DNA from: Actinomycetota bacterium
GTDB taxonomy: Bacteria; Actinomycetota; Acidimicrobiia; Spongiisociales; UBA4744
Assembly: GCA_013152275.1 (NCBI GenBank)
Contig: JAADGS010000040.1
Coordinates: 1 to 64,000 of the forward strand
Reading direction: 5' to 3'
DNA length: 64,000 bases
The position numbers and the translations under genes were made by a program. A model generated the notes under the pieces. It was given only the letters and a program-made list of their open reading frames with translations, searched no databases and was not told where the DNA came from. This document shows, piece by piece, positions 1 to 13,100 of this stretch (its first letter is position 1; the number at the start of each line of letters is the position of its first letter).

Positions 1-373
1 CGCCGTTCTCTTCGGTTCCCTCTTCCGTGCCGCTCGGCGCGACCGAACCGTCGTCTTCGTCCGACTGCCGATACAGGCTCCCGCCGAGTGCCTCCCATGT
101 GCCCGTCCACGCGATCAGGGCATCGGGATCCGGCAGATCACCAGGAGCAGCCGGCGGACAGCTCGAACCGGCCGGACCGGCCGGCGTCCACTTGAGGCAG
201 TAGCGATGGCATCCTGGACTCGGAGCTTTTGCGTACGCGGGTCTGATGCCGACGGCCTGGATCACCGGGGTCGCCCACGCGAGGGCTGCTCCCACCGCCA
301 AGCCGCGCTTGAGCGCCTGACGGCGTGTGATGCCGGTCAAAGGCGCTTCGGCGTTGGTGTCGTCCGTGGCCAT
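1..373 (-). CDS. Tat-signal, Cys-containing secreted protein (3' end runs off the window; not in the ORF track)
   Basis: Manual translation from ATG at 373: MATDDTNAEAPLTGITRRQALKRGLAVGAALAWATPVIQAVGIRPAYAKAPSPGCHRYCLKWTP..., open to the window edge. GAAGGTG SD-like sequence upstream. Paralogue of 390..926. Confidence 0.8.
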   Translation of the reverse strand, partial: MATDDTNAEAPLTGITRRQALKRGLAVGAALAWATPVIQAVGIRPAYAKAPSPGCHRYCLKWTPAGPAGSSCPPAAPGDLPDPDALIAWTGTWEALGGSLYRQSDEDDGSVAPSGTEEGTEENG

Positions 374-389
374 GTTCTTCACCTTCACT

Positions 390-926
390 CTACGCCTGCT
401 CGCAACACTGGATAATCAACTCGATGTGGAGGATCAGGCTGTTGGCACATGCGGGGATGAAGACCGCATCACCGAACGTGGAACCGGAACCGTCGACCTT
501 CGTGGTGTGACCGTCCAAACACCTCGCCGCTGCACTCCATGGTGAAAACTCGTCCGGCGACGGATCCTGCCCGTAGAGACGGCAGTTGTCCGGAAGCTGC
601 TCCGTGAACCCCGTGGAATAATCGCCGGTAACCACGATGCCGTCGAGCGTCGCCTGCGGCGGCAGTGCGTCCGTCACCCCGTCAGGACAAGACAGCACAG
701 GCCACAGAGATAGCCTGAGCTGAAACCATCGTTCTGGAAACAGCGGAGTCCACGCGATGCAGTACACGTCACAGTTGATCCACGCCGGGCTCGTCGTCTG
801 CGCGTACGCGGGGCGCAAGCCGACGACCTGCACGATCGGGACCGCCCAGAGAGCACCGGCGACCGCCGCACCACGTTTCAGCGCCTCACGGCGCGTCAAA
901 CCGACCTGGTCCGGCGTCTCGTGCAA
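390..926 (-). CDS. Tat-signal, Cys-rich secreted protein
   Basis: TRREALKRG twin-arginine motif, hydrophobic region and AYA cleavage site; 8 Cys in the mature part; GAGGAGG SD before the TTG start. Confidence 0.8.
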   Translation of the reverse strand: MHETPDQVGLTRREALKRGAAVAGALWAVPIVQVVGLRPAYAQTTSPAWINCDVYCIAWTPLFPERWFQLRLSLWPVLSCPDGVTDALPPQATLDGIVVTGDYSTGFTEQLPDNCRLYGQDPSPDEFSPWSAAARCLDGHTTKVDGSGSTFGDAVFIPACANSLILHIELIIQCCEQA

Positions 927-1019
927 CCTGTGCCTCCTCGCTCACACGTCGGTCCGGCGAAGCTCATAGCTTCACCGTCCAACCCGCCCCCAGCGTATCG
1001 GAGCGACCACACAGCGTCG

Positions 1020-1037
1020 ATACGACACGTGTCGTAT
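1020..1037. promoter_or_regulatory. Perfect 18-bp palindrome, candidate operator
   Basis: ATACGACACGTGTCGTAT is self-complementary and lies in a divergent intergenic region. Confidence 0.45.
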
Positions 1038-1058
1038 ATGCAGCGCCACTGACTTCCG

Positions 1059-1166
1059 TTCTCGTCAATGCCGGCGTCGAATGGCGACGCTCCCATTGAC
1101 GAGAAAACCCAGTGTGGATTCCTGTCAATGCCGGCGTCGAATAGCGACGCTCCCATTGACGAGAAA
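1059..1166. repeat. Two tandem copies (60-bp period) of a palindromic REP-like element
   Basis: GTCAATGCCGGCGTCGAAT(G/A)GCGACGCTCCCATTGACGAGAAA occurs twice. Copy 1 has a 12-bp terminal inverted repeat, TTCTCGTCAATG/CATTGACGAGAA. Confidence 0.85.
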
Positions 1167-1189
1167 GCACAGGTACTAGCCTGCCCCGG

Positions 1190-1648
1190 ATGGCTCCGGA
1201 TCGATTCACCCACAGCGTCTCTGTCGACACCACACCCGAGTCGGCCTGGCAGGTACTCCAGCAACCCGAGACCTGGGGCAAGATCGCGGGCGTCGAGCGC
1301 GTCTATGACGCGCGACACTCCCCCGACGGTGTCCTGCGCTCCTACCGGTTCACCGTCAGAGCCGCCGGAAAGGCCTACGAGGGCACCGCCACGACCCACG
1401 ACGCCGACGCACCGACCCTGATGGCGGTGACGATCGACACCTCAGAGGTCATCGGCACGATCACCGTCGAACTGACGCCAACCAACCCCGGCGGCATCGA
1501 CATGACCGCATCACTCAAGATGCAGGCCAGGGGCATACTCTCGGTCCTGATCTTCCCCCTCATCGCAGCGGCCGTCGGTTCCGGGTTCGCCGCCCAGATA
1601 GACGAAATCGGCACACGCATGGAGGCCGACGGCCAGGCGCCGACCTAG
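1190..1648 (+). CDS. SRPBCC/CoxG-like family protein
   Basis: FTHSVSVDTTPESAWQVLQQPETWGKIAGV N-terminus is typical of the SRPBCC fold. Confidence 0.75.
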   Translation: MAPDRFTHSVSVDTTPESAWQVLQQPETWGKIAGVERVYDARHSPDGVLRSYRFTVRAAGKAYEGTATTHDADAPTLMAVTIDTSEVIGTITVELTPTNPGGIDMTASLKMQARGILSVLIFPLIAAAVGSGFAAQIDEIGTRMEADGQAPT

Positions 1649-1654
1649 ACCGAT

Positions 1655-2839
1655 TCACGGTGCCGTGGCCCGTACCACGGCCTCTTCGGCGCTCGTGAGC
1701 GCGCTCGCAGGGTCGAGCCCGGAGAAGATTGCGTCGAGCGCCGCGTCGAGGGGATCCCACACGGTCGCCATCTCCGCGACCCCGGGGAGCAGGTCGCCCC
1801 CGTCGACGCTCTCGACGAACCCCCCGATGTGTCCGTCGAGACTCGATCGGGCGGGTAGGTACGCCGGAACGCGATTGTCGGCGAGGGCCGCTCCTGTCAG
1901 CACCTCAGACCTGGCCAAGACCTCTCGAACGAACGACTCTGCAAGATCAGGCGGAGCGTCGGCGCTCACGAAGAACGCCTGGACTCCGACGAACGGGCGC
2001 AGCGACCTCCCTTCCAGCGTCGGTAAAGGGCGCACGGCGAAGTCGACACCGGCGTCGACGAAGGGGCGAATCTGCCACGGTCCGGTGATGAGGAACGGAA
2101 TCTCACCGGCGGCGAAGCCGTCGACGACCTCGCCGTACGGCCCGGTAAAGACGGTCCCCTCCGCGACCAGGCGGCCGAGCGCCTTCGCACCTTCCACGGC
2201 TTTGCCAAGTCCGACATCGTTCACCGACCATCCCCCGCCGGGGCTCGGGCCGAACACGTATCCGCCCGAACTCGAAAGAAACCCGTACTGGTGATAGAGG
2301 CCCTCGGGGATGCCGACACACCTCTCGAACGACGCACAGAGGCTCCGAAGCGATGCGAACGTGTCAGGGACGACGTCCCCACCGGCGACGTCCAGATTCA
2401 CATACAGTGAGACCGCCTCGAGCCCGTACGGGATCCCGTACGTCTCACCACCCGACGTCACCGACCGGATCGCGACGGGATCGAGATCGGGACCGACGAC
2501 TCCCAGGTCGACCGGCACGACCACGCCCTGTGCGAGCAACGACGGCAGCCTATCGTGCGACGCCACGAAGACATCAGGTCCGCCTCCCGCCACCACCGCG
2601 GTCGCGATGTCATCGAACGGGTGTGCGACCACATCGACCGCCACGCCGGCACGCTTCGCGAAATCTGCGACGAACGGCGCGAGAACCGCCGCTCGCAGGT
2701 CGTCCACCCACACCTCGAGGCGGTCGGATTCAACCGTTGTCGTGACCGATGGAGAGGTGACCGTCGGACGCGGCCCCCCGGTCGTCGAGGGCACCACTTC
2801 GCCGGTGCACGCCGCCACCAGCAGTCCGAACACAACCAA
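1655..2839 (-). CDS. Sugar (maltose/maltodextrin-type) ABC transporter substrate-binding lipoprotein
   Basis: Lipobox VAAC; GPDVFVASHD, YGIPY, ITGPW and PFVGVQ motifs as in the MalE family. Start uncertain. Confidence 0.8.
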   Translation of the reverse strand: MVVFGLLVAACTGEVVPSTTGGPRPTVTSPSVTTTVESDRLEVWVDDLRAAVLAPFVADFAKRAGVAVDVVAHPFDDIATAVVAGGGPDVFVASHDRLPSLLAQGVVVPVDLGVVGPDLDPVAIRSVTSGGETYGIPYGLEAVSLYVNLDVAGGDVVPDTFASLRSLCASFERCVGIPEGLYHQYGFLSSSGGYVFGPSPGGGWSVNDVGLGKAVEGAKALGRLVAEGTVFTGPYGEVVDGFAAGEIPFLITGPWQIRPFVDAGVDFAVRPLPTLEGRSLRPFVGVQAFFVSADAPPDLAESFVREVLARSEVLTGAALADNRVPAYLPARSSLDGHIGGFVESVDGGDLLPGVAEMATVWDPLDAALDAIFSGLDPASALTSAEEAVVRATAP

Positions 2840-2881
2840 GGCAGCGAGAATGTGCTCGAAGTTGGACCGTCTGCGGACTAC

Positions 2882-3189
2882 TCAGCCCTCCTCGGCACGC
2901 AGTCGCTCTGCGACCTCGAGTGCCCGGCCGCGGTCATCGGTGAGTTCGGCCCGGTCGGTGAGGAGTGTCACGTGGTTGTCGACGATCTGCAAGAAGCCCC
3001 CGTGCATTCCCACGGTCACCTTCTCGTCTCCCGCCTCGACGACGACGACTCCGGTGGCAAGCGCCGCCATCAGTGGCTCGTGATCGGTGAGCACACCGAT
3101 CTCGCCATCGACGGTCTTGGCGACGAGAAAATCGGCGTCACCAGACCAGACGACGGCCTCGGGGGCAACGATGTCGACGCGGAAACTCA

Positions 3190-3190
<1 letters not shown>
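2882..3190 (-). CDS. atpC: ATP synthase F1 epsilon subunit
   Basis: GEIGVLTDHEPL and GGFLQI motifs; operon position. Confidence 0.95.
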
Positions 3191-4635
<1,445 letters not shown>

Positions 4636-4640
4636 CTACA

Positions 4641-5519
4641 TCATCCGTTGCGTAACGCTTCCGCGCCGCCAACGATCTCTGAGATCTCTGTTGTGATCTC
4701 AGCCTGGCGGGCCTGGTTGGCTCTCCGGCTGAGGACTTTGATCAGGTCTTCCGCGTTCTCCGTTGCCGCTTTCATCGCCCGCTGCCTCGATGCGTGCTCC
4801 GATGCAGACGAGTCCAGCAGCACGCCGAAGGCCGTCGCCTCCACGTACCGTGGTAGCAGCCGATCGAGAATCTCCGACGGCGACGGCTCATAGCTGTAGG
4901 TCACCGTGCCGAGCGGCTCCTCGTCGCCTTCCGGCGGGACGATCGGCAGCAGCTCGATGCCGCTCGCTTCTTGCACGAGAGCGGACACGTACCGGGTATA
5001 GAACACCTCCACGGCGTCGACCGCCCTGCTTGCATACTCCTCCATGATCACATTTGCGAGGGTCCGGGCATCCGCATATCCAGGGGCGTCGGTCACTCCC
5101 AGGAAAGCTCGTTCCACGTGATATCCGCGGAAACGGAAGTACGTCTGCGCCTTCTTGCCGACGACATACACACGGATCTGCACGCCTTGGAAACGCAGTT
5201 CGATGATGCGACGCTCGGCCATCCTGATCACCGTCGAGTTGTACGCACCGGCGAGACCACGATCCGACGACACCACGACAATCCCTGCGGTGTCGACCTT
5301 ACGCCTCTCGAGGAGCATGTGGGTCGCACCTCCGGCGGCACGTCCCACGTTTCTGATCACATCGGTGAGCTGCTCCACGTACGGTTTGGAGGCATGGACA
5401 CGCTGCTGGGCCTTGACGATGCGCGACGCGGCGATGAGCTCCATCGCTCGCGTGATCTTCTTCGTCGACTGCACGGATCGAATCCGCCGCCGTGTCTGCC
5501 GAAGCTCGGCGCTGGCCAA
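4641..5519 (-). CDS. atpG: ATP synthase F1 gamma subunit
   Basis: KITRAMELIAAS, SDRGLAG, RQAEITTEISEIVGGA. Confidence 0.98.
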   Translation of the reverse strand: MASAELRQTRRRIRSVQSTKKITRAMELIAASRIVKAQQRVHASKPYVEQLTDVIRNVGRAAGGATHMLLERRKVDTAGIVVVSSDRGLAGAYNSTVIRMAERRIIELRFQGVQIRVYVVGKKAQTYFRFRGYHVERAFLGVTDAPGYADARTLANVIMEEYASRAVDAVEVFYTRYVSALVQEASGIELLPIVPPEGDEEPLGTVTYSYEPSPSEILDRLLPRYVEATAFGVLLDSSASEHASRQRAMKAATENAEDLIKVLSRRANQARQAEITTEISEIVGGAEALRNG

Positions 5520-5522
5520 CCG

Positions 5523-7043
5523 CTACTCCCTTCCTGCCTCGAAGAGCTCTTTGAACTCGCCGATCGCCTTGCTCATGTCCTCCGCATCCGGCATCGTGCC
5601 GGTTGATTCGATCCGCTCCAACAGAGCCGCGTAGCGACTCCGGACGAATCCGCGCAGCTCCGCCTCGAACCGACCGATGTCCGGCACCGGAATATCATCC
5701 ATGAACCCGCTCGTCACCGCATGGATCACGAGCACCTGTTCTTCTACCGGGACCGGTGTGAACTGCGGCTGCTTCAGCACTTCGACCACGCGGCGACCTC
5801 GCGCCAACTGGGCTGCGCTGGCCGCATCGAGTTCGGAGCCGAATTCGGCGAAGGCCTCCAGCTCGCGAAACTGTGCCAGATTGATTCGCAGCGGACCCGC
5901 GACCTTCTTCATGGCCTTGATCTGCGCGCTGCCTCCGACCCGCGACACCGAGATGCCGGCGTTGATCGCCGGACGCACACCCGAATAGAACAGATCGGTC
6001 TCCAGAAAGATCTGCCCGTCGGTGATCGAGATCACATTCGTGGGGATGTACGCCGAAACGTCTCCCGCCTTCGTCTCGACGATGGGCAGCCCTGTCAGCG
6101 ATCCCCCGCCGAGATCGTCCGAGAGCTTGGCACAGCGCTCGAGAAGTCGGCTGTGCAGGTAGAAAACGTCGCCCGGATATGCCTCACGGCCTGGAGGACG
6201 CCGCAGCAGCAGCGAGATCTCCCGATAGGCAACCGCCTGTTTGGAGAGGTCGTCGAAGACGATCAGGGCGTGCTGGCCCTTGTACATCCAATACTGAGCG
6301 ATCGCCGAGCCGGCGTACGGTGCGTACATCTGCAGCGCTGCGGGCGCCGACGCCGCCGCGTTGACCACCACCGTATAGTCCATCGCACCGTGCTTGTGGA
6401 ACGCATCGACCACCTCTGCGACGGTCGAAGCCTTCTGGCCGATGGCAACATAGACGCACTTCACGTCCTTGCCCTTTTGGTTGATGATCGTGTCGACCGC
6501 GATTGCCGTCTTCCCGGTCTGACGGTCGCCGATGATCAGCTCCCGCTGCCCGCGACCGATCGGGATCATCGCGTCGATCGCCTTGATCCCCGTCTGGAGA
6601 GGTTCGTTGACAGGCTGGCGCTGTACGACCGAAGGAGCCTGCACTTCGAGGAGACGGCTCTCCGTCGTATTGACCGGGCCTTTCCCGTCGAGAGGATTGC
6701 CGAGCGAGTCCACGACCCGTCCGAGCATGGCATCACCGACACCGATCGAGAGCACACGGCCGGTGGAACGGACCGGCGAGCCTTCCTCGATGTGGGAGAA
6801 CTCGCCCATCAGCACGACACCGATCGAGTCCACGTCCAAGTTCAGGGCGACACCGAGCAGGCCACCTGGGAATTCCAGCAACTCGGAAGCCATCGCGTTG
6901 GGAAGGCCTTTCACGGCCGCCACACCATCGGCGACCATCGTCACGTAACCGACCGTCTCGGCTTCGAGTTCTGGTGCCCAGCCTTCGAGATGCTTCCGCA
7001 GGGAAGCGGCGATGTCTTGCGGGTCAAGCGTCAGTTCAGCCAT
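5523..7043 (-). CDS. atpA: ATP synthase F1 alpha subunit
   Basis: [20 protein letters not shown]. Confidence 0.99.
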   Translation of the reverse strand: MAELTLDPQDIAASLRKHLEGWAPELEAETVGYVTMVADGVAAVKGLPNAMASELLEFPGGLLGVALNLDVDSIGVVLMGEFSHIEEGSPVRSTGRVLSIGVGDAMLGRVVDSLGNPLDGKGPVNTTESRLLEVQAPSVVQRQPVNEPLQTGIKAIDAMIPIGRGQRELIIGDRQTGKTAIAVDTIINQKGKDVKCVYVAIGQKASTVAEVVDAFHKHGAMDYTVVVNAAASAPAALQMYAPYAGSAIAQYWMYKGQHALIVFDDLSKQAVAYREISLLLRRPPGREAYPGDVFYLHSRLLERCAKLSDDLGGGSLTGLPIVETKAGDVSAYIPTNVISITDGQIFLETDLFYSGVRPAINAGISVSRVGGSAQIKAMKKVAGPLRINLAQFRELEAFAEFGSELDAASAAQLARGRRVVEVLKQPQFTPVPVEEQVLVIHAVTSGFMDDIPVPDIGRFEAELRGFVRSRYAALLERIESTGTMPDAEDMSKAIGEFKELFEAGRE

Positions 7044-7058
7044 CGTTGCTCCTTCGCA

Positions 7059-7592
7059 TCAGCGGCTCTGTAGGGTCTGGCGAAGACTCTCGAGACGGTG
7101 ACGGATCGATCCGTCGATCACCGTGTCGCCGATCGTGGCGACGATGCCACCCAAGACCGATGGGTCGACCACGAGCTTCACTTCAACGTTCTTTCCGGTT
7201 GCCTTGCCGAGAGCTTCCTCGAGTTTCGTAAGCGTTTGCGCGTCCAGCGGCACCGCCGCACGGACCTCGGCGATCGCCTTGTTGCGCTCCGCCGCGGCAC
7301 GCGTCACAAAGGTGTCGGCAATTGCAGGGAGATCGCGTGCCCGTCCCAAGCCGGCCACGAACCGCACAAACGCCGTCGTCAGGTTCGATGCCTTGCCTTC
7401 CAGCAGGTCGGCGAGAACTGCTTCTTTGCGCTCGGCCGGCAACCGCGGATCTGCCAGTACGTCGGCGAGTTCCGCGGAGCCTTCGATCGCCCGAGCGACC
7501 GTGAACATCTCATCCTCGACGGTCGCGAGCTGCCCTTCGGCGCTCGCAATGGCGAGGATGGCGTCCGCGTATCCCGCGATGCGCTCATCCAT
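7059..7592 (-). CDS. atpH: ATP synthase F1 delta subunit
   Basis: VDPSVLGGIVATIGDTVIDGS C-terminal motif. Confidence 0.96.
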   Translation of the reverse strand: MDERIAGYADAILAIASAEGQLATVEDEMFTVARAIEGSAELADVLADPRLPAERKEAVLADLLEGKASNLTTAFVRFVAGLGRARDLPAIADTFVTRAAAERNKAIAEVRAAVPLDAQTLTKLEEALGKATGKNVEVKLVVDPSVLGGIVATIGDTVIDGSIRHRLESLRQTLQSR

Positions 7593-7595
7593 CGC

Positions 7596-9151
<1,556 letters not shown>

Positions 9152-9155
<4 letters not shown>

Positions 9156-9520
9156 CTGACAGCCTCCTTCCGGGCCTGCATCACGAGCAGCCCAATGTAC
9201 GTAACTCCGAGACCCAAGAAGAGTCCGGTGCGATCTACTCCGAGAAACCTGAGCGCAACCCACACGAGTGCGGTCAACAGCACGAGCCGGACCACGAAAC
9301 CTCCAAGCGCCACCGCTCCGAGAGCGTTTGGAGAACGACGCCCCGCCCACGAGAGCGCCCTGCCGGAAAGTATGAAGATGGTCGCGACGATGGCGGCGCC
9401 TGCGAGCGCTGCGAGTCCGGCGGAAATGCCACCGATCGCCAGAGCGACGGCCGCAACGAGGGGGCCGAGCCACAGCGTCCTCCGGGCCATCTCGGAGCCC
9501 ATCCTGGCTTCAACGTCCAC
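9152..9520 (-). CDS. atpI: ATP synthase protein I-like membrane protein
   Basis: About four TM segments, immediately upstream of atpB. Start approximate. Confidence 0.75.
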
Positions 9521-9731
9521 GACGTTCCATTTCCTTCGCGTACAACAACATCCAGTAGAAACCCAACGCAAATCCGGCGGCGGTTCCGAGAGCGACGAGC
9601 CACGGCCACGTGCCCAACCAACGATCGGCCAGCCAGCCGAGCGCGCCTCCCGAAACTACCGACGCGAAGAACCTGCTCGAGATATCGGCTGCCTCGGCGA
9701 TCCCTCTGCCCGCGCTGTAGTTCGGCGGCAT
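9510..9731 (-). CDS. AtpZ/AtpI family small membrane protein
   Basis: GWLADRWLGTWPW motif; first gene of the atp operon. Confidence 0.8.
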   Translation of the reverse strand: MPPNYSAGRGIAEAADISSRFFASVVSGGALGWLADRWLGTWPWLVALGTAAGFALGFYWMLLYAKEMERRGR

Positions 9732-9866
9732 CGTTATCGATCCCGGGTCGGTTTGCAAATCAGCCGGATGCTCGACATCCGGTCATCGGCTCTCGGCCGC
9801 CAGTCGACCGAAGAGCGGACTGAACGACAATGCTCGACTGCAGGCTGATGGCTGATGACACCTACT

Positions 9867-11138
9867 CTAAACGTGACCGGGAAACGACGCCTCATAGGGA
9901 GGGAATCGTGAGGCCAGTACTTCGGCTGCATCCTTCACTTCCTTGAGTGCGACGTCGTCGCGGCGTTCGCGAAGAGCCCTGGCGATCAGATCTGCGACGT
10001 GCTCGACCTCGGTCTCCTTCATCCCTTGGGTCGTCACCGACGGGGTCCCGATGCGGATCCCGCTGGTGATGAACGGTGAGCGTGGATCGAACGGGATCGC
10101 GTTACGGTTCAGGGTGATCCCAAGGTCATCGAGTAGGGTCGCAGCTTCTTTGCCGGTGAGTTCGTCGTCGACGCTGCGCACGTCAACCAAGAACATGTGG
10201 TTCTCGGTCGTGCCGCTCACGATGCGGAGACCGAGCGAAGTCAGGCGCTGGGCCATGGCTTGGGCATTGCGCACGACCTGGTGGGCATATTCCCGATAGG
10301 CCGGTGTGGATGCCTCCCGGAAGCAGACCGCCTTGGCGGCGATCTGGTTGAACAGTGCCCCGCCCTGCACCGTGGGGAACACCGCCTTGTCGATCACCTT
10401 GGCAAACTCTTCCTTGGACAGGATGAGGCCGCCCCTGGGGCCCCGCAGAGCCTTGTGGGTCGTCGCGGTGACAATATCCGCGTGCGGAACCGGATTGGGA
10501 TATGCGCCGCCTGCAACGAGACCGATGAAGTGGGCGGCGTCGACGACGAAGACGGCCCCCACCTCGTCGGCGATGTCTCGGAACGCCTCGTAGTCCAGAC
10601 GCTTGGAGTAGGCCGAATAGCCTGCGAGCACCATCTTGGGTCGATGTTCGAGCGCGAGACGCCGAACCTCGTCCATGTCGATGATCTCGGTCTCCGGATC
10701 CACTCCGTATGCGACGAAGTTGTAGAGGCGGCCCGAGAAACTCACCGGCGAGCCATGGGTCAGATGCCCGCCCTGGTCGAGGCGCATCCCGAGAACCGTA
10801 TCGCCCGGTTGGATGGTTGCGAAATAGGTCGCCATGTTTGCCTGCGAGCCGGAGTGCGGTTGGACGTTGGCATGTTCCGCCTCGAAGAGGTTCATCGCTC
10901 GCTGCCTCGCCAGATCCTCGACCTCGTCGACAACCTGACAGCCCTCGTAATAACGCCGGCGCGGATACCCCTCTGCGTACTTGTTGGTAAACACCGATCC
11001 CGACGCCTGCATGACGGCACGCGAGGCAAAGTTCTCCGAAGCAATGAGATGGATGTGCGAATCCTGGCGGATGACATCGGCCTTGATGAGCGCGGCGACC
11101 TCCGGATCGGACACCTCGATTGGACGTAGATCAGTCAT
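9867..11138 (-). CDS. glyA: Serine hydroxymethyltransferase
   Basis: [18 protein letters not shown](PLP)ALRGPRGG. Confidence 0.98.
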   Translation of the reverse strand: MTDLRPIEVSDPEVAALIKADVIRQDSHIHLIASENFASRAVMQASGSVFTNKYAEGYPRRRYYEGCQVVDEVEDLARQRAMNLFEAEHANVQPHSGSQANMATYFATIQPGDTVLGMRLDQGGHLTHGSPVSFSGRLYNFVAYGVDPETEIIDMDEVRRLALEHRPKMVLAGYSAYSKRLDYEAFRDIADEVGAVFVVDAAHFIGLVAGGAYPNPVPHADIVTATTHKALRGPRGGLILSKEEFAKVIDKAVFPTVQGGALFNQIAAKAVCFREASTPAYREYAHQVVRNAQAMAQRLTSLGLRIVSGTTENHMFLVDVRSVDDELTGKEAATLLDDLGITLNRNAIPFDPRSPFITSGIRIGTPSVTTQGMKETEVEHVADLIARALRERRDDVALKEVKDAAEVLASRFPPYEASFPGHV

Positions 11139-11181
11139 GGGAACCTCGGTTTTGGGTGCACCCAGGCTAGCGCCTTGGCCA

Positions 11182-11730
11182 TCAACCGATCGGACCGGCT
11201 CGCAAGAGTACCGGTGGGTCGACGGTGCAGTCGACGACGGTCGACGGGGTTCCTCCAGGACTGCTGCCACCCAGATAGACCGCCACTTCGTTGCCGAAGA
11301 TGGCTTTCGCCTCCTGATCGTCGTGGGCGGCGGCTTCACCACTGCGGTTGGCGCTCGTGACCGCGAGAGGCCCGGCAACCTCGAGCAGCCAGAGGGCGGC
11401 GGGATGATCAGGCACCCGCACACCGATCGTGCCATCGTGCACGACCGGGAGGTCACGTCGCGCCCGAAGGACGAGGGTCAGCGGACCCGGCCAGTGCTCC
11501 GTTCCCAACCGGGTCGCCGCAGCAGAGAACTCCACGAGGTCTGCCGCCTGCCGCAGAGAAGTGACGAGTACGGGGAACGGACGGCCGGCGGTTCGGCCCT
11601 TGAGCAATGCGAGACGTTCGAGCGCCGCGCCGTTCGCGGGATCGGCGGCAACTCCGTACACCGTATCCGTGGGAACACCCACGATCTCTCCGTCCCGAAT
11701 GGCCGCCACGGCATCCTCGATCATCCCCAC
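11182..11730 (-). CDS. tsaC: L-threonylcarbamoyladenylate synthase (Sua5/YrdC)
   Basis: PTDTVYG, LKGR, WPGPLT, TSANRSG. Confidence 0.93.
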   Translation of the reverse strand: MGMIEDAVAAIRDGEIVGVPTDTVYGVAADPANGAALERLALLKGRTAGRPFPVLVTSLRQAADLVEFSAAATRLGTEHWPGPLTLVLRARRDLPVVHDGTIGVRVPDHPAALWLLEVAGPLAVTSANRSGEAAAHDDQEAKAIFGNEVAVYLGGSSPGGTPSTVVDCTVDPPVLLRAGPIG

Positions 11731-12514
11731 GGAACACCTCCGGATTCACGTTCCAGTTCGTCTACGAAGCCGACCGGTATCTCCTTGCCGCTCAACTCGA
11801 GGATCCGACGGGCGAACCGATCGGCGTCCCCCGTCGTCACATACTCGGTGCGAGCGCCCGAGCGGATGGCCCCGTCAAGCATGCGCACCGCCTGGCGGGC
11901 CACCGCGGGCGCGGGATCGATAACGGCGACGTTTCTGCCGACGATCGCCTCGATCGCCGGGGTCAGCAGCGAATAGTGGGTGCACCCGAGAACGAGCGTG
12001 TCGATACCTGCGGCGAGCAGCGGGGTGAGGTACGTCTCGAGCATGGCGTGCACCGTTCCGGACTCGCCTCTCTCGACCGCCGTTGCGAGGCCCGGACAGG
12101 CCTGGTCGACGATGCGGACTCCTGCGGCGTGGCGATCCACCACGGAGGCGTACAACTCGCCCTGGAAGGTCGCGTTGGTGGCCAAGATACCGATGATCCC
12201 TCGTGCCGTCTGCTCCGCCGCAGGTTTGACGGCCGGTTCCATGCCCACGAAGGGGATGCCCGGAAACAGGTGCCGCAGTGTGTGCAAGGCAGCGGCCGAA
12301 GCACTGTTGCAGGCCACGACGATCAGTCCGGCGCCCTTCGCCAGGAGCATTCGGGTCACCGTTTCGGCGCGGTCGCGCACCTCGTCGAGGCTCCGCTCGC
12401 CGTACGGTGCCCACGCTCCGCCAGGTAGATGATCGGATGTCCCGGGATGAGGTGTTCGAGATGCCGCAACACCGACAGTCCGCCGACGCCCGAGTCGAAG
12501 ATTCCGATCGTCAT
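11721..12514 (-). pseudogene. murI: Glutamate racemase, frameshifted near 12417 (possibly assembly error)
   Basis: IGIFDSGVGGLSV is in one frame; WAPYGERS...ACNSAS...LGCTHY is in another. Confidence 0.85.
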
Positions 12515-12560
12515 GTCGTCCACGGGCACCATTTCACCACACCGGCGGTCAATCCACCCC

Positions 12561-12607
12561 TTCTCGTGACGCTTCACGGGAACTATCCGGCTCAAGCGTC
12601 ACGAGAA
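12561..12607. repeat. 47-bp palindromic REP-like element
   Basis: 14-bp arms TTCTCGTGACGCTT...AAGCGTCACGAGAA; near-identical inverted copy at 58545..58591. Confidence 0.85.
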
Positions 12608-12624
12608 CGGGTAAGTTTCTGCTC

Positions 12625-13028
12625 ATGAACCCAAAGACGATCAACGAGTTCCTTCAACAATCGATGCCATCGGCAGGCGACATGGACATCACCTGCACCG
12701 AAGTCGACGCCAACGGTGCAGTTGTGCACTGGGAGTACGGGCCGCGTTGGCTGCGTCCCGGCAACTACATCTCAGGACCACTGCTCATGACGATGGCGGA
12801 CACTGCCCTGTACTGCGCCGTGTTCGGGAATCTGGATCGAATCGAGCCGATGGCGGTCACGTCCGAGCTGTCCACGCACTTCCTTCGGCCCGCCGTCGAC
12901 AGCGGCGTGACGGCCACGGCCACGTTGATCGAAGTGACCGGTCGGCGCGCCTACGGGGAGGTGCGAATGGTCCTCGACACCAACTCCTCGTCGCCCACGC
13001 GACGGGAACCTACATCCTGCCTCGGTAG
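12625..13028 (+). CDS. PaaI-family (hotdog) thioesterase, with an apparent frameshift near 12980
   Basis: ISGPLLMTMAD and HFLRP motifs. The typical C-terminal strand LVAHATGTYILP is in a different frame, ending at TAG 13028. Confidence 0.8.
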
Positions 13029-13051
13029 CCGTCGGTTCCCGCCCCCCGACT

Positions 13052-13100
13052 GAACCCTGGGCTCGTAGGGGTCGTGGCGACCCCCCTGAGCCCTGGGTTC
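13052..13100. repeat. 49-bp palindromic element between convergent genes
   Basis: GAACCCTGGGCTC...GAGCCCTGGGTTC; inverted copy with 2 mismatches at 52518..52566. Confidence 0.85.

Noticed and set aside
1059..1166. CRISPR array
   Set aside because: Only two repeats, the intervening sequence is under 20 bp, there are no cas genes, and related elements are dispersed singly elsewhere.
896..1421. ORFs with an internal 20-aa repeat (896..1399, 964..1281, 1068..1421)
   Set aside because: The peptide repeat is just the translation of the 60-bp-period DNA repeat.
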